64,000 nt of DNA from Octopus sinensis (lineage: Eukaryota), in NCBI RefSeq assembly GCF_006345805.1, contig NC_043000.1, forward strand, positions 95,108,001-95,172,000, written 5' to 3'. Of this stretch, positions 38,336-50,829 are shown in pieces (within the stretch, counting starts at the first letter, position 1; every line of letters begins with the position of its first letter). The position numbers were made by a program, and so were the translations under genes. The notes under the pieces were generated by a model. That model did not search any database. It was given only the letters and a program-made list of their open reading frames with translations, and was not told the origin of the DNA.

Positions 38336-38548
38336 CTTGGATTTGAAGGCGAACTATTTGCTTTGTTCACAGAACTCTTATCGTTTTTACAACCACGAAT
38401 TATTTTCGATTTAGCGAAGAATTCTTGACGAGGACTTAACAAGCGCTTTCGTTTTTTCCTATAGTGCAGATGAGGTAAATAAAACTCAGTTTCACAATTC
38501 TTGACAAACGTTTCAACTGCAAACGCACAGCATACACTGGTCCAAATC
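38336..38548 (-). CDS. Candidate internal coding exon of an unidentified host gene
   Basis: Strong polypyrimidine acceptor tttctttttctgttcccatcag| and CCAAG|gtattt donor. 213 nt, phase 2-2, only one frame open: IWTSVCCAFAVETFVKNCETEFYLPHLHYRKKRKRLLSPRQEFFAK...SSPSNPR. Lies in non-repetitive sequence. Confidence 0.45.
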
Positions 38549-39296
38549 CTGATGGGAACAGAAAAAGAAACGATAAAACACGAAGACACCATTATCACCA
38601 ACACACCTTCACTAGCGCCAGACCAACATCCGTGCAAAATGTGCAGTTTTCAACCACATACTGTATTTCTTTTCACTATTTTTCTTTGCATCATTTCATT
38701 GTTAATTTCATTTAGAATTGGACTATCATTCATTGTACATCTTCCTCTGTATACGTTCTTTCTTAGCTATACTTTTCTTGTGAGAGAAATTTTTTTAGCC
38801 TGCTTTGCTTTATTAATAGTGTCTGAGGCATAGGTTCTTAGACATACTCCGGTAATATTGATGTTTGAATCTATTTCCAGGATGTCTACGATTGCTCAGT
38901 TTCCTATTATGATTGCCATTTTCTCATTAGAAGCTATATTTGGGTTAACCTATCAATGGTTCTATCGATTTAAATTCTTTAACACCTTCCATTCTTAGAT
39001 TTTAGTCATATTCAAATTATCCAGCCATAAAACTTTGTATTGCATAGTATATTTTTCATATTTTCGGAGGAAATATAAAATGTTCCGGTACATACCTTTA
39101 AATGTTTATCTCATTTTCTCTTTTTTTTCTTTCTTTCCTTAGCTCTCTCTCTCTCTCTCTTTCTCTCTATTTGTCTGTCCTTCCCCCTCTCTCTCTCCCT
39201 ACATATATATATGACTAATTTTTCTACACGCTAGGGTACTGGTAGTAAAAATTTCTAAAATCTTTATTACCCTGATATGATTAATTATATATGTAC

Positions 39297-39329
<33 letters not shown>

Positions 39330-39834
39330 TGAGTGTGTATGTTTCTATCTATATATGCATATTTTTGCGCTCCTGCATACTTGTGTATGTATACCTCCAG
39401 TGCCAAAATATACTGTCGTCAAAATAGGCTGAATATCCACTTAGCCGTACCAAATAATTAGCGCCCAAACAACTGCGTCCAATCACCTCATTCTGTTTCG
39501 GTGGTGGGTATTAGATTTGAAATTTGCTGGTTAATATTGTTCTAGTTATACTATAGCTTTATTTTAGTCTTTTTTTGGTCAATGCTATTATTATCATAAT
39601 TATTATTTTTGCTGATATTATTATTAAGAGAGCAGTGCTTCCCTATTTCCCCTCACACAAATTACATGGAAGCGTTACAGACGGGCTAAGTAACAAAGGA
39701 ACAACCAGAATTATAAGATATTATACTTATCCACAACTGTCACTTGCAAATGAGTAGGACATATATATGTATCTAATATTACTCTCTTTTACTTGTTTCA
39801 GTCATTTTGACTGCGGCCATGCTGGAGAACCGCC

Positions 39835-40225
<391 letters not shown>

Positions 40226-40390
40226 TACAGTCGCTTGAGGATCCTGTGTGCTTATACAGGATCTCAAAGTAGCAAGAGGTTGGCTCGTTCAAAATAAAAT
40301 ATCGTCTACATCTACCGTAATATCCTTTTCCGACATCTAATACTAAATGCGTATATAGATAGATAAACAGACAGACCGACAGACAGACAT

Positions 40391-40481
<91 letters not shown>

Positions 40482-40482
<1 letters not shown>

Positions 40483-41353
40483 GTTTCTTTATTGGCCACA
40501 CAGGGCTGCACACAGATGGGACAAGTTACAAGGTAGAGCTTTTCTTTTGGGGGATGAAAAAAACAAAAAAAACAAAAGAAAAAAAAGAAAAGGGTTTCGA
40601 TCAAGAGGGATCGTAAAAGGGAAGAAAAGAACAAAAATAAATAAATAAATAAATAAATAAATAAAATAAAAAGAATAAAAAGAAAAAAAAGAAAAGGAAA
40701 AGGAACAAAAGAAAAGAGAAATGAAAAAAAAAGAAAAAAGGGGAAAAAAGGGGAAGAGGAAAAAAAAACGATCAATAGGGATCGTGTATCACAGTGTTAT
40801 GATATATGGTGTGAAGGGGAAAGCAAGTAAGGTTTATACGTGGGAAGAAAAGCCTACGAAAAAGACCACGGTAACCTTGGTCAATATTGTTATATGTTAC
40901 CACATTTGTTTGCAAGTGGATAACCCTCTGTTTTCAATTTCTGGGTTCATAAGATTATGCTCAAGGTGGCTTCGTCATTCATACGTGCCATCCTTGCTAC
41001 ATTCACCCACCTTTTTTTAAAACATTCGCTAGACAAAACTTGCCTCTCTACTTTCACTTTCCTTTTTAAGTGGTACTTGAAGAAGTTGATGAGAGATTGA
41101 CCAGAGAGGAAAGTGTTTGTCTCCAATCCTTTCAGACGCGTCCACCAGATACATTCTTTCGCCATAGCCACAAGGATGATGAAAATAGCTCTTCCTTCTC
41201 GTTTGAAGGAAGGAGGCGTGACAATATTGACGATAGACTCAGCTGATAAACCGACTCGTCCCACACGTGACAGCAGTTATTCGACATAAGCCCACAGGTC
41301 GGAAATTGTTGGACACTGCACGAGTGCGTGCAGAACGGTTTCGTCGCTCTGAC
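40482..41353 (-). mobile_element. Tx1/L1-type LINE, 5'-truncated copy
   Basis: Matches 54884-55665. Encodes the ORF2 C-terminus ...SECFKKRWVNVARMARMNDEATLSIIL-stop. (GATA)n lies on both sides. Confidence 0.9.
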
Positions 41354-41365
41354 GAAATAGATAGG

Positions 41366-41426
<61 letters not shown>

Positions 41427-42812
41427 GGATGGATGGATGGATGGATACATACACACATACATGCATGCATACATACATACATACATACATACATACATAC
41501 ATACATACATACATACATACATACATACATACATACATACATACATACTACATACATACGTACGTACGTACGTACATATTACATATCTGTCCTATTGCTA
41601 AGACTATTACTTTCTCTAGTTTCAACACATCTCTCTTTGCTGGCAGATGCTACTCCTACCCTTGAATGCTTGTTTTGGACAGGGCAACTGTCTATCACGA
41701 TGTTAACGCCTGCTGCCAACTGTTAATGCTGGGACTCATTTTAATTTGAGTGGATTGCAGTAACGTGAAATTAAGTGTCTTGCTCTCTCAGGGACACAAA
41801 TTACGTTCCCCTCCGAGAATTGTACATAAGACTTTAAGACTGCAAGTATAACACCTTAACATCTACGTAACACCCCTACACACTAAGGTCATGCCCTCAC
41901 GCTTAGCTACATGCCTTTATCCTCCTGCTAAGATATATCCCATTTGCTTTCATACGTCTTCCTTTTCGTACTCAGCTACATGTCTTCGTCTTCACGCTAA
42001 GCATCTTGCCTTCTCATTCATACCAAGTCACACGCCTTTCCATTCATGCTAGATCACACCACTTCGCCTTTAAAGTAGGGCACGTGTCTCATCTATTGTA
42101 AGCTATTGTATGCCATATACTATAGCGCACATTAACTTATGACGCGGTACGCTATATTTTTAACTAAGAATGGTTTGGCATCATAAGGGATTAGAAGACA
42201 GAGATATAAACTTACTAGCTAATGGAAATCAAAACTGCCAACGTAAACCATATTCGATGCAGGCACGACACGACTGTAAGTGGGAATTAATCAACTTGTA
42301 AATCAATAGGATATTAAGATGTTATTAATTCTCGGAATCTCTAACTATGATTTACATTAAGAGGAATTTTATTTCAAGCATAAATACTAATGAAAGGAAC
42401 TAATTACCAAACTGACTTCATGAGTCAGTTATTAATCTTAGTGTTCAATAATACACATACACGTACTATCTTGTAACACACACACAGACATACACACATA
42501 TAAATGTATATATATGCACAACACTGATATGTATATGTACGTAATTAATATATATATATATATATAAAATTAATTAAGGGTAGAAATTGATATTTATCAA
42601 TTAAGACCAGTGGTCTAGCATATTAAAAAAGAATCCGAAGATTAAAATATTTATATATACCAATTAAGGACTGAGCACGACAAGTGGACAGTCAACATGC
42701 TAGATATAGACGTCAAATCGCCATTCACCACAAAAGATTATGTTCTCAGATCAAACTCAACACAAAACCATAGCAATAAACAAGTGAAAAATATACGAAA
42801 TAAAATAATTAC

Positions 42813-42877
42813 CCATGTATTAAATTAGTTTCAGCTGTTATTTTCCGCAAGGAAAACTGCAGCCATCATCAGCATGG
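42813..42877 (-). ncRNA. Type I hammerhead (family E, G16.2 to A variant)
   Basis: As 43674-43738, but the triplet is AUA, giving a C-A mismatch in stem III. Confidence 0.7.
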
Positions 42878-43319
42878 TCCGTTATAAATGTAATTTGCTG
42901 GACTAGATGCAAACACGATACCGAAATATCGCGTGCATGGAGTTCAGCCTATTACATTTGAATATATCTTTCAAATGCCTTTACTTTGGCGCGTTGGAAC
43001 CCGATAAAACTAGCCTGCAGCTAATAATTAGCAGCAGTTAATTTATCGGTTAGAGAACATATTTATTTATATAAAATTAATTAAGGGTAGAAATTGATAT
43101 TTATCAATTAAGACCAGTGGTCTAGCATATTAAAAAAGAATCCGAAGATTAAAATATTTATATATACCAATTAAGGACTGAGCACGAAAAGTGGACAGTC
43201 AACATGCTAGATATAGACGTCAAATCGCCATTCACCACAAAAGATTATGTTCTCAGATCAAACTCAACACAAAACCATAGCAATAAACAAGTGAAAAATA
43301 TACGAAATAAAATAATTAC

Positions 43320-43384
43320 CCATGTACTAAATTAGTTTCAGCTGTTATTTTCCGCAAGGAAAACTGCAGCCATCATCAGCATGG
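43320..43384 (-). ncRNA. Type I hammerhead ribozyme (family E)
   Basis: Exact reverse complement of 43674-43738. Confidence 0.85.
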
Positions 43385-43673
43385 TCCGTTATAAATGTAA
43401 TTTGCTGGACTAGATGCAAACACGATACCGAAATATCGCGTGCATGGAGTTCAGCCTATTACATTTGAATATATCTTTCAAATGCCTTTACTGCTGAAAC
43501 ATAAATAAATTAACTGCTGCTAATTATTAGCTGCAGGCTAGTTTTCTCGGGTTCCAACGCGCCAAAGTAAAGGCATTTGAAAGATATATTCAAATGTAAT
43601 AGGCTGAACTCCATGCACGCGATATTTCGGTATCGTGTTTGCATCTAGTCCAGCAAATTACATTTATAACGGA

Positions 43674-43738
43674 CCATGCTGATGATGGCTGCAGTTTTCC
43701 TTGCGGAAAATAACAGCTGAAACTAATTTAGTACATGG
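43674..43738 (+). ncRNA. Type I hammerhead ribozyme (family E)
   Basis: CCAUG-CUGAUGA-U-GGCUG-ca-GUUUUCC(uugc)GGAAAAU-aa-CAGCU-GAAA-CUA(AUU)UAG-UA-CAUGG. Stem I is 5 bp, stem II is extended, stem III is 4 bp, triplet GUA. Confidence 0.87.
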
Positions 43739-43889
43739 GTAATTATTTTATTTCGTATATTTTTCACTTGTTTATTGCTATGGTTTTGTGTTGAGTTTGA
43801 TCTGAGAACATAATCTTTTGTGGTGAATGGCGATTTGACGTCTATATCTAGCATGTTGACTGTCCACTTTTCGTGCTCAGTCCTTAATT

Positions 43890-43928
<39 letters not shown>

Positions 43929-44299
43929 TATATATGTACACATAAATACATATATATGTGTGTATGGATGGAGAGATGGATGAATAAGCATAAAATCAGG
44001 AGTCAAGAGAGGTGAATATATATTTATTTAACTACGTGACTTCCATAAGCCTACGGTTGTTTCACAACTTTGTTCATATATTATTAATTACAGAATGGAA
44101 GAAATCATGCTTACATGTTTGCGTTAATGTGTATGTTCAGCATTATTCAAAACAATTGTATATTCACAAATTAATGCTGTCTCATCAGTTCACCGAAACA
44201 TTATGCTTACACCAACAATTTAACTCTAAATATGTACACAACCTTTCGTATTTAAATATACAATGTCTGGTAGGCTAGAACTGCAGAGCATATATATTC

Positions 44300-44695
44300 T
44301 TTACTACTACAAGGCCCGAAATTTTGTGGGAAGGGGCCAATCGATTAGATCGACCCCAGTACGCAACTGGTACTTAATTTACCGACCCCGAAAGGATGAA
44401 AGCCAAGGTCGACCTCGGCTGAATTTGAACTCAGAACGTAACGGCAGACGGAATACCTATTTCTATTTCTTTACTACCCACAAGGGGCTAAACACAGAGG
44501 GGACAAACAAGGACAAGCAAACGGATTAAGTTGATTGCATCGACCTCAGTGCGTAACTGGTACTTAATTTATCGACCCTCAAAGATTGAAAGGCAAAGTC
44601 GACATCAGCGGAATTTGAACTCAGAACGTAACGGCAGGCGAAAAACCGCTAAGCATTTCGCCCAGGCGTGCTAACAATTCTGCCAGCTCGCCTTC
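44300..44695 (-). mobile_element. SINE S2, tandem copies
   Basis: Reverse complement of 14824-15240. Confidence 0.85.
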
Positions 44696-44818
44696 TCAAG
44701 CATGGCCGCAGCCTCAAGGCTGAAACATATAAAAGAATAAAATACAATCTTGATCACATGGTGATCTGTAATCTATCTATCTATCTATCTATCTGTCTAT
44801 CTATCTCTATCTATCTAT

Positions 44819-45184
44819 AGGCGCAGGAGTGGCTGTGTGGTAAGTAGCTTACTTACCAACTACATGGTTCCGTGTTCATTCCCACTGAGTTGCACCTTGG
44901 GCAAGTGTCTTCTACTATAGCCTCGGGCCAACCAAAGCCTTGTGAGTGAACTTGGTAGACTGAAACTGAAAGAAGCCCATCGTATATATGTATATATATG
45001 TATGTGTGTGTATATGTTTGTGTGTCTGTGTTTGACCCCCAACATCACATGATAACCGATGGTGGGGTGTTTACGTGGGGTGTTTGCAGTTCGGCAAAAG
45101 AGACCGAACCGCTAAGTAACGGGGACATAAACACACCAGCATCGGTTGTCAAGCAATGCTAGGGGAACAAACAAACACACCCAA

Positions 45185-45223
<39 letters not shown>

Positions 45224-45389
45224 CATATATACGACGGGCTTCTTTCAGTTTCCGTCTACCAAATCCACTCACAAGGCTTTGGTCGGCCCGAGGCTATAGT
45301 AGAAGACACTTGCCCAAGGTGCCACGCAGTGGGACTGAACCCGGAACCATGTGGCTGATAAACAAGCTACTTACCACACAGCCACTCCT
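44819..45389. mobile_element. Fold-back dimer of two S1 SINE 5' portions
   Basis: A plus copy runs to ...gagaccga and a minus copy begins ccgaaccgc. The junction microhomology is CCGA at 45104-45107. Confidence 0.8.
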
Positions 45390-45451
45390 ATATATAGGGG
45401 AAAAGTTGCTTCACCACATACCGAAAATTTAGAAATAGCAGTCAAAACCAC

Positions 45452-45512
45452 TAATTCTTCTGCTACAATATTTCTCCACAGACAGTGGAGAAATATTGTA
45501 GTAGAAGAATTA
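45452..45512. repeat. 28-bp hairpin with a 5-nt loop
   Basis: taattcttctgctacaatatttctccac-agaca-gtggagaaatattgtagtagaagaatta, with one G-U pair. Confidence 0.85.
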
Positions 45513-46084
45513 TGTTTATAATTATAATTATAATTAGTTTGTATAAGTTTTTACCGATAATGTTTTGTTCCATACCGAAGCTACTTGGTAAAATTTATTA
45601 ATTATTAAATTAATAATTCTTTACCCTATATCTATAGTATATATATACACACATATATATATATACCACGGTACAGTATATTTTTTATTTTAGTCTGAGT
45701 TCGTAAATTCTCTTTCATCTTCAATACACAGAAGTGATTTGGATTTTGAATTTTTAGCAAATTTCCTTTCATGAATGTTTTTAAAGCAAAATGACTATTT
45801 CTTCCAGAATTAGATTTTTGTTTTAATCTTTCAACGACTTTAAAGTGAGTTGTTAACAGAAGATGATTAATATTTATAATCCCTTGAGATGAGCATATTC
45901 TGGCTTACATTTTGTACAGCTACGCATTTTACTATGTCACAGTTATAAATGTTCGGTTAAGTACATTCATAATTTGCTCTTTCTCATTATTTTGTGTATA
46001 TCATTTAGTAAAATGATACGTGGCTCACAATGTTTCACTCCTCTGAGATTTTCAAGTCAAAAATAGTTTATGGTAAAATGGCTC

Positions 46085-46400
46085 TCCGTCGGTTACGACG
46101 ACGAGCGTACCAGTTAATTCGATCAACCGAACAGCCTGTTCATGAAATTAATGTGCAAGTAATTGAGCACTCTATAGATACGCGTACCTTTCACATAGTT
46201 CTCTGGAAGATGCAGCGTGACACAGAATATGTTAAGGCTGGCCCTTTGAATTACAAATACAACTCATTTTTGCCAGCTGAGTGAACTGTAGCAATGTGAA
46301 ATAAAGTTTCTTGCTCAAGAACACAACGCACCGCAGGGAATCGAACTCGCAGCCTTACAGTCATGAGCTAAATACCCTAACCACTAAGGCATGCGCCTCC
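46085..46400 (-). mobile_element. SINE S3 copy
   Basis: Matches 24090-24415, including the tRNA-like head. Confidence 0.8.
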
Positions 46401-46499
46401 ACTAATCTGTGACACGAGAATATCTAGTAAGACAATGTGAGTGGGGCTAATAAAAAATATGAGTAACTACAATGAATTACTTTGCAGAAGTGTTTTCAA

Positions 46500-48130
46500 A
46501 TTATACTACACTAGACAAGAAACACAGCAACCAGATATATACAATACTAATTGTAATAATATAAATAGATATATAACTAGAAATATAATGTTATAACCCA
46601 TCTTTCTAATTAGACGTTTTAAACTGTCTATCGTGACCCTTCTTTCATTTGCTTCGAAAATACTCCACATATTATAGAACTTTTGCTTGAACACTATAAC
46701 CTTATCTTGCTCCACTCCGCAAGATTTTTCAGAAACCCTGGTGTCTTCTAATCTTCTAAATTGTAACTCAGTTAATAATTGTAACATTAATTTATAACAA
46801 TAACAACTTTAACACTATTGAACCTAATAACTGTCTTTTAGACTACAAATACTTAGACAAGTATATAATTTATCTACCAACGCAAAGTTGCTACCAACAA
46901 GTTTTATTCCTACAACATTTAAATTAAGGTTCAACAATCACATACATATATTTAGAACCCATGGAGGGAAAAGGAACATGACTCACGAATTTATTTCAGA
47001 GTTGAAAGAGATCAGCAACTCACGTTTAAATGGGAAAATAATATACAGAACTAAGTCTTAAGCTAGAAGTAAGAGACCGTGTAGTTACGCTGAAGAAAGC
47101 ATGGTTATTTGTATTTGCTAACCGTATTTTACTAAATAAACAAAACGTGAATATCCACCTCCTGAGATAAATTGCATCACTAAACTTTACATATATAGTA
47201 CAAAGATTATATCTGAAATATTTACACTTGCACCTTTACTTGGGATACTTGGGATTCTTACAGTTTCTCCTGTCTTTACTTTTAATATTTTATCATTCCA
47301 ACACTCTACATTTTAATAGTCTCTTTTATTATCACCTCTAATACAATAACAATTCAAACTTTATTTTCTCTTGTTGATTTACATTTTGGTAAATAAACCT
47401 TACAGTACGCAGAACAAGATTGCACTTTCTAGAAACTTTTAAACACCTTGTTTCCTATGCCTTCAAATTTGACTTGATAATTTTTGACAATTGATTCCAA
47501 CAACCACCCACCTTCTATAATGTTTCCCCTACATTTTATACCTCAACGCAGTTCTATATTTTAAGTATGACCCACCACATTATTATTCATCATTTACATT
47601 TAACAACTCATTCAGTTATCTTCAGACGTTCTTACATCTCTTCAGAGTTGCTTTAACACTCTTTTAGGTATTAATTCAGTTATTACTAACATTTAATTCC
47701 ACCGAATATATTAGCCTGAAGACTCTGTACCTTTCCATTGCCTCTTCTTGCGTTTTCACTTCTTTAATCCAATCATATATGCTATTTCATATCCTGAAGC
47801 ATCCACTTACTTTGAAGTCGGAAACATCACTCCTCATTTTTTACTGGTTTTATTTTTTTATATTTCATAGGAGAATGCGCAAAAGCGGTATTCATTAGAG
47901 GTGATTTTTTCACAGTTCACAGCCTAACGCGTTAATATTTCTGAGACAAATACACCTTCATGTTTCCCCGGTCTTCGCATTTATTATGTAGCTCTTATCT
48001 GTCTTCCTAGCGTATTTTGAGATTTTTTCTCATACATACTCCAATAACTACAATGCGCAAAAGCTTTTTAATTGGTGCCTTTAACTAGACATTTTTTCAC
48101 ATTCCACCATTTTACGCATTCCATTTACTG
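46500..48130 (-). pseudogene. Possible very old L1/Tx1-like ORF2 remnant
   Basis: A-rich minus strand with a KAFAHCSYWSM (KAFD-like) peptide near 48060 and a LINE-like C-terminal peptide in 46506-46787. Heavily decayed. Confidence 0.3.
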
Positions 48131-48236
48131 TTGCAAGACTCTCAAGTTTATTTCCTCTGGCTCAGAGGTTTTTTTTTAATCCTTCTTATAACATTTTTCT
48201 TCTTATATCTCGTCTTTATTTTACATGTACATGTAA

Positions 48237-48293
<57 letters not shown>

Positions 48294-48294
48294 G

Positions 48295-48390
<96 letters not shown>

Positions 48391-48469
48391 TATGCGTGTG
48401 TTGAAGCGTTAAACTAATAACATTTTTCAAACATTATTTTTGCTGTAATCTTCCTTTTTTCTCTGCATA

Positions 48470-48651
48470 TATACGCTTCAGTCTTTGGACTGCGGTCATG
48501 CTGGTGCACCGCCTCGAAGGCTTAGTCAAACTACTCGACCCCAGTACTTATTTTTAAGCCTCGCACTTATACTATTAAATCCTTTTGCTGAACTGCTAAG
48601 TTATGCGGACGTAAACAAACCAACGTATGTATATATATATATATATATATG

Positions 48652-48692
<41 letters not shown>

Positions 48693-48845
48693 GACAGACT
48701 TCTTTCAGTTTCCTACCAAATCCACTCTGAAGACATTGGTCGGCCAAAGGTTACAGTTGAGATACTTGTCTAAGGTGCCGCACAGTGGGACTGAACCCAA
48801 AACTACATGACCGGAAAGCAAGCTTCTTTCCACACATCCACGCCT
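48470..48845 (-). mobile_element. SINE S1 copy, older
   Basis: Diverged match to the S1 consensus segments. Confidence 0.75.
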
Positions 48846-49865
48846 GTCTATATATGTGCAAGGATGCATATGTGTGTATATATGTGTGTGTATTTGTGTG
48901 TGTATGTACACGTGTGTGTGTGTGTGTCTATATGAGGGGGTGTTGTATATGTATAATTATATTTGCATATATATAAGTTGATATTTTGCGTGTGTGCGTT
49001 TAAATGATGTAACTGAGAGTATAACAACGTGTTCATTTTCGTTTCTCTTCATTTAATTACTTAAAATTTTCACATACAGTAAATTATAGCTACCCTGTCA
49101 TTATGACAATATTTCTTCTATTATCTTCTTTAATACCTTATTTCAATGCATGAAGCTTTCGTCTACAAAACAGTTTCGGCTACGAACTTATTCTCTTCTT
49201 ACCTCTCTCTTACAATCTCTTTCTTCCCCTCCTCCCCCCCTCTCTCTCTCTCTCTTTCTCTCTCACTCTCTCGTTCTCTCTCTCTCTCCCTCTCTCTCTT
49301 GATTTTTGCACTCTTTCACTCAAATTTTTTCCGTTTACTTTGACTGCCATAGTTTGTCTACAATTTTACAATCAATATCGAAGTGCCTTTCATTTTTATA
49401 TGCATCTCTTTCTGTTTCACATAGTTCTCTATATTGCCACTCCAATCTGTCTCAAATTTTCCTTTCTCTCACATTTTTCTTGCTATTTAGTATTTGCATA
49501 TCTCGTTCTGTATTTTCAATGCAATTTTTAAGATAAACACTAAAAACAAATAAAAAATACTGTGCGGTTTGAAATAGTTCATTTCGGTTTCTTTTGACCT
49601 AACTATATATTAAAACTTCCGTAAAAACTTATCAGTCTTTTGAAAAGCTCACAGAAAAGAAACTTTTAACTTGTATTTGGTAGCTAGTACATGAGAAACT
49701 ACGATGTTACTTCGACCATTTAAAATAAATACATAACACACTTAATGAGGTTTTCACAATTTTGGTAATGTTTGGTATCTTATGTAAGTAAAAACTTTAT
49801 ATGTATATGTGCGTGCGTGTATGAGCGCGTCTCTATATGTATATATAAATACACACACACACAGG

Positions 49866-49972
<107 letters not shown>

Positions 49973-49983
49973 TTAGATAGATA

Positions 49984-50268
49984 TGTTTCTTTATTAGCCA
50001 CACAGGACTGAACACAGAGGGGACAGATTACAAAGTAGAGCTTTTCTTTTTGAGGAGAAAAAAAAGAAAATAAAGAGAAAAGTAAAAAATAAAAAGGGGA
50101 TAGGTATTCGATCAAAAGGGATCGTAAAAAGAGAAAAAAAATTATCAATAAGGGTCGTTTATCACAGAAATGACATGATGTAAAGTGTAAAGGGGGGAAA
50201 CAGATAAGGTTTATCCATGGAAAGAAAAGCTTACGGAAAAGACCACAGTAACCTCGGTCAATAATGTC
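49984..50268 (-). mobile_element. Tx1/L1-type LINE, short 3' UTR copy
   Basis: Matches 54884-55215 (gtttctttattagccacacagg...gaccacagtaacctcggtcaata). (GATA)n lies on both sides. Confidence 0.88.
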
Positions 50269-50342
<74 letters not shown>

Positions 50343-50829
50343 GATAGATAGATAGATAGATAAAAATATCTTCGATGAATCTTCTGTAGTCACAAGTAGC
50401 TGGACTCTTTAGATAGCAACATTATTTGCATTTAAAGTGACATATCTTTGCAAAATCGGATAAACCTGTTTTGTCTTTCATAATTCATTCTCGCCTGTTA
50501 GTTTATTTCACAAAATTACTGACATGTTTTGCTGTTTTGGTGTTGATCCTATTTTGTAACACTTCTCTCCACAATCTCCTGTAAAACTATCTTCTGCATT
50601 AATGATATCGAGCTTAAATGGTATCAATTATGAAAATAAAAATTTAAGTGTTAATCGCAAGAAATAAATACTATCTGTGCTAAAATTCATGAGGATTGCT
50701 TTAAAAGTGCAGTTGTTGCAATATCCATTGACAGTATGCATGCGAGTCTTGTTTCATTCAGCTTTTCATTTAATCCGCATGGTGATGACGTGTGTCTGCA
50801 TACAGTGTTTCTAATCTGTATTATTTCGT

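Larger units (their letters stand above)
42561..43899. mobile_element. Hammerhead-containing element array (family E): tandem pair plus inverted copy
   Basis: A 507-bp period (42561 and 43068), then an inverted copy at 43505-43899. Arms 43159-43492 and 43566-43899 form a palindrome of about 334 bp. (TA)n lies at both ends. Confidence 0.88.

Noticed and set aside
38501-38833. Plus-strand ORF TNVSTANAQHTLVQILMG...
   Set aside because: It overlaps the better-supported minus-strand exon candidate, has no convincing acceptor, and runs into low-complexity sequence.
41900-42100. Loose periodicity of about 22-26 bp (catgcc...gctaag)
   Set aside because: It is too degenerate to define a unit. It is probably an old minisatellite and is not a CRISPR-like repeat-spacer array.
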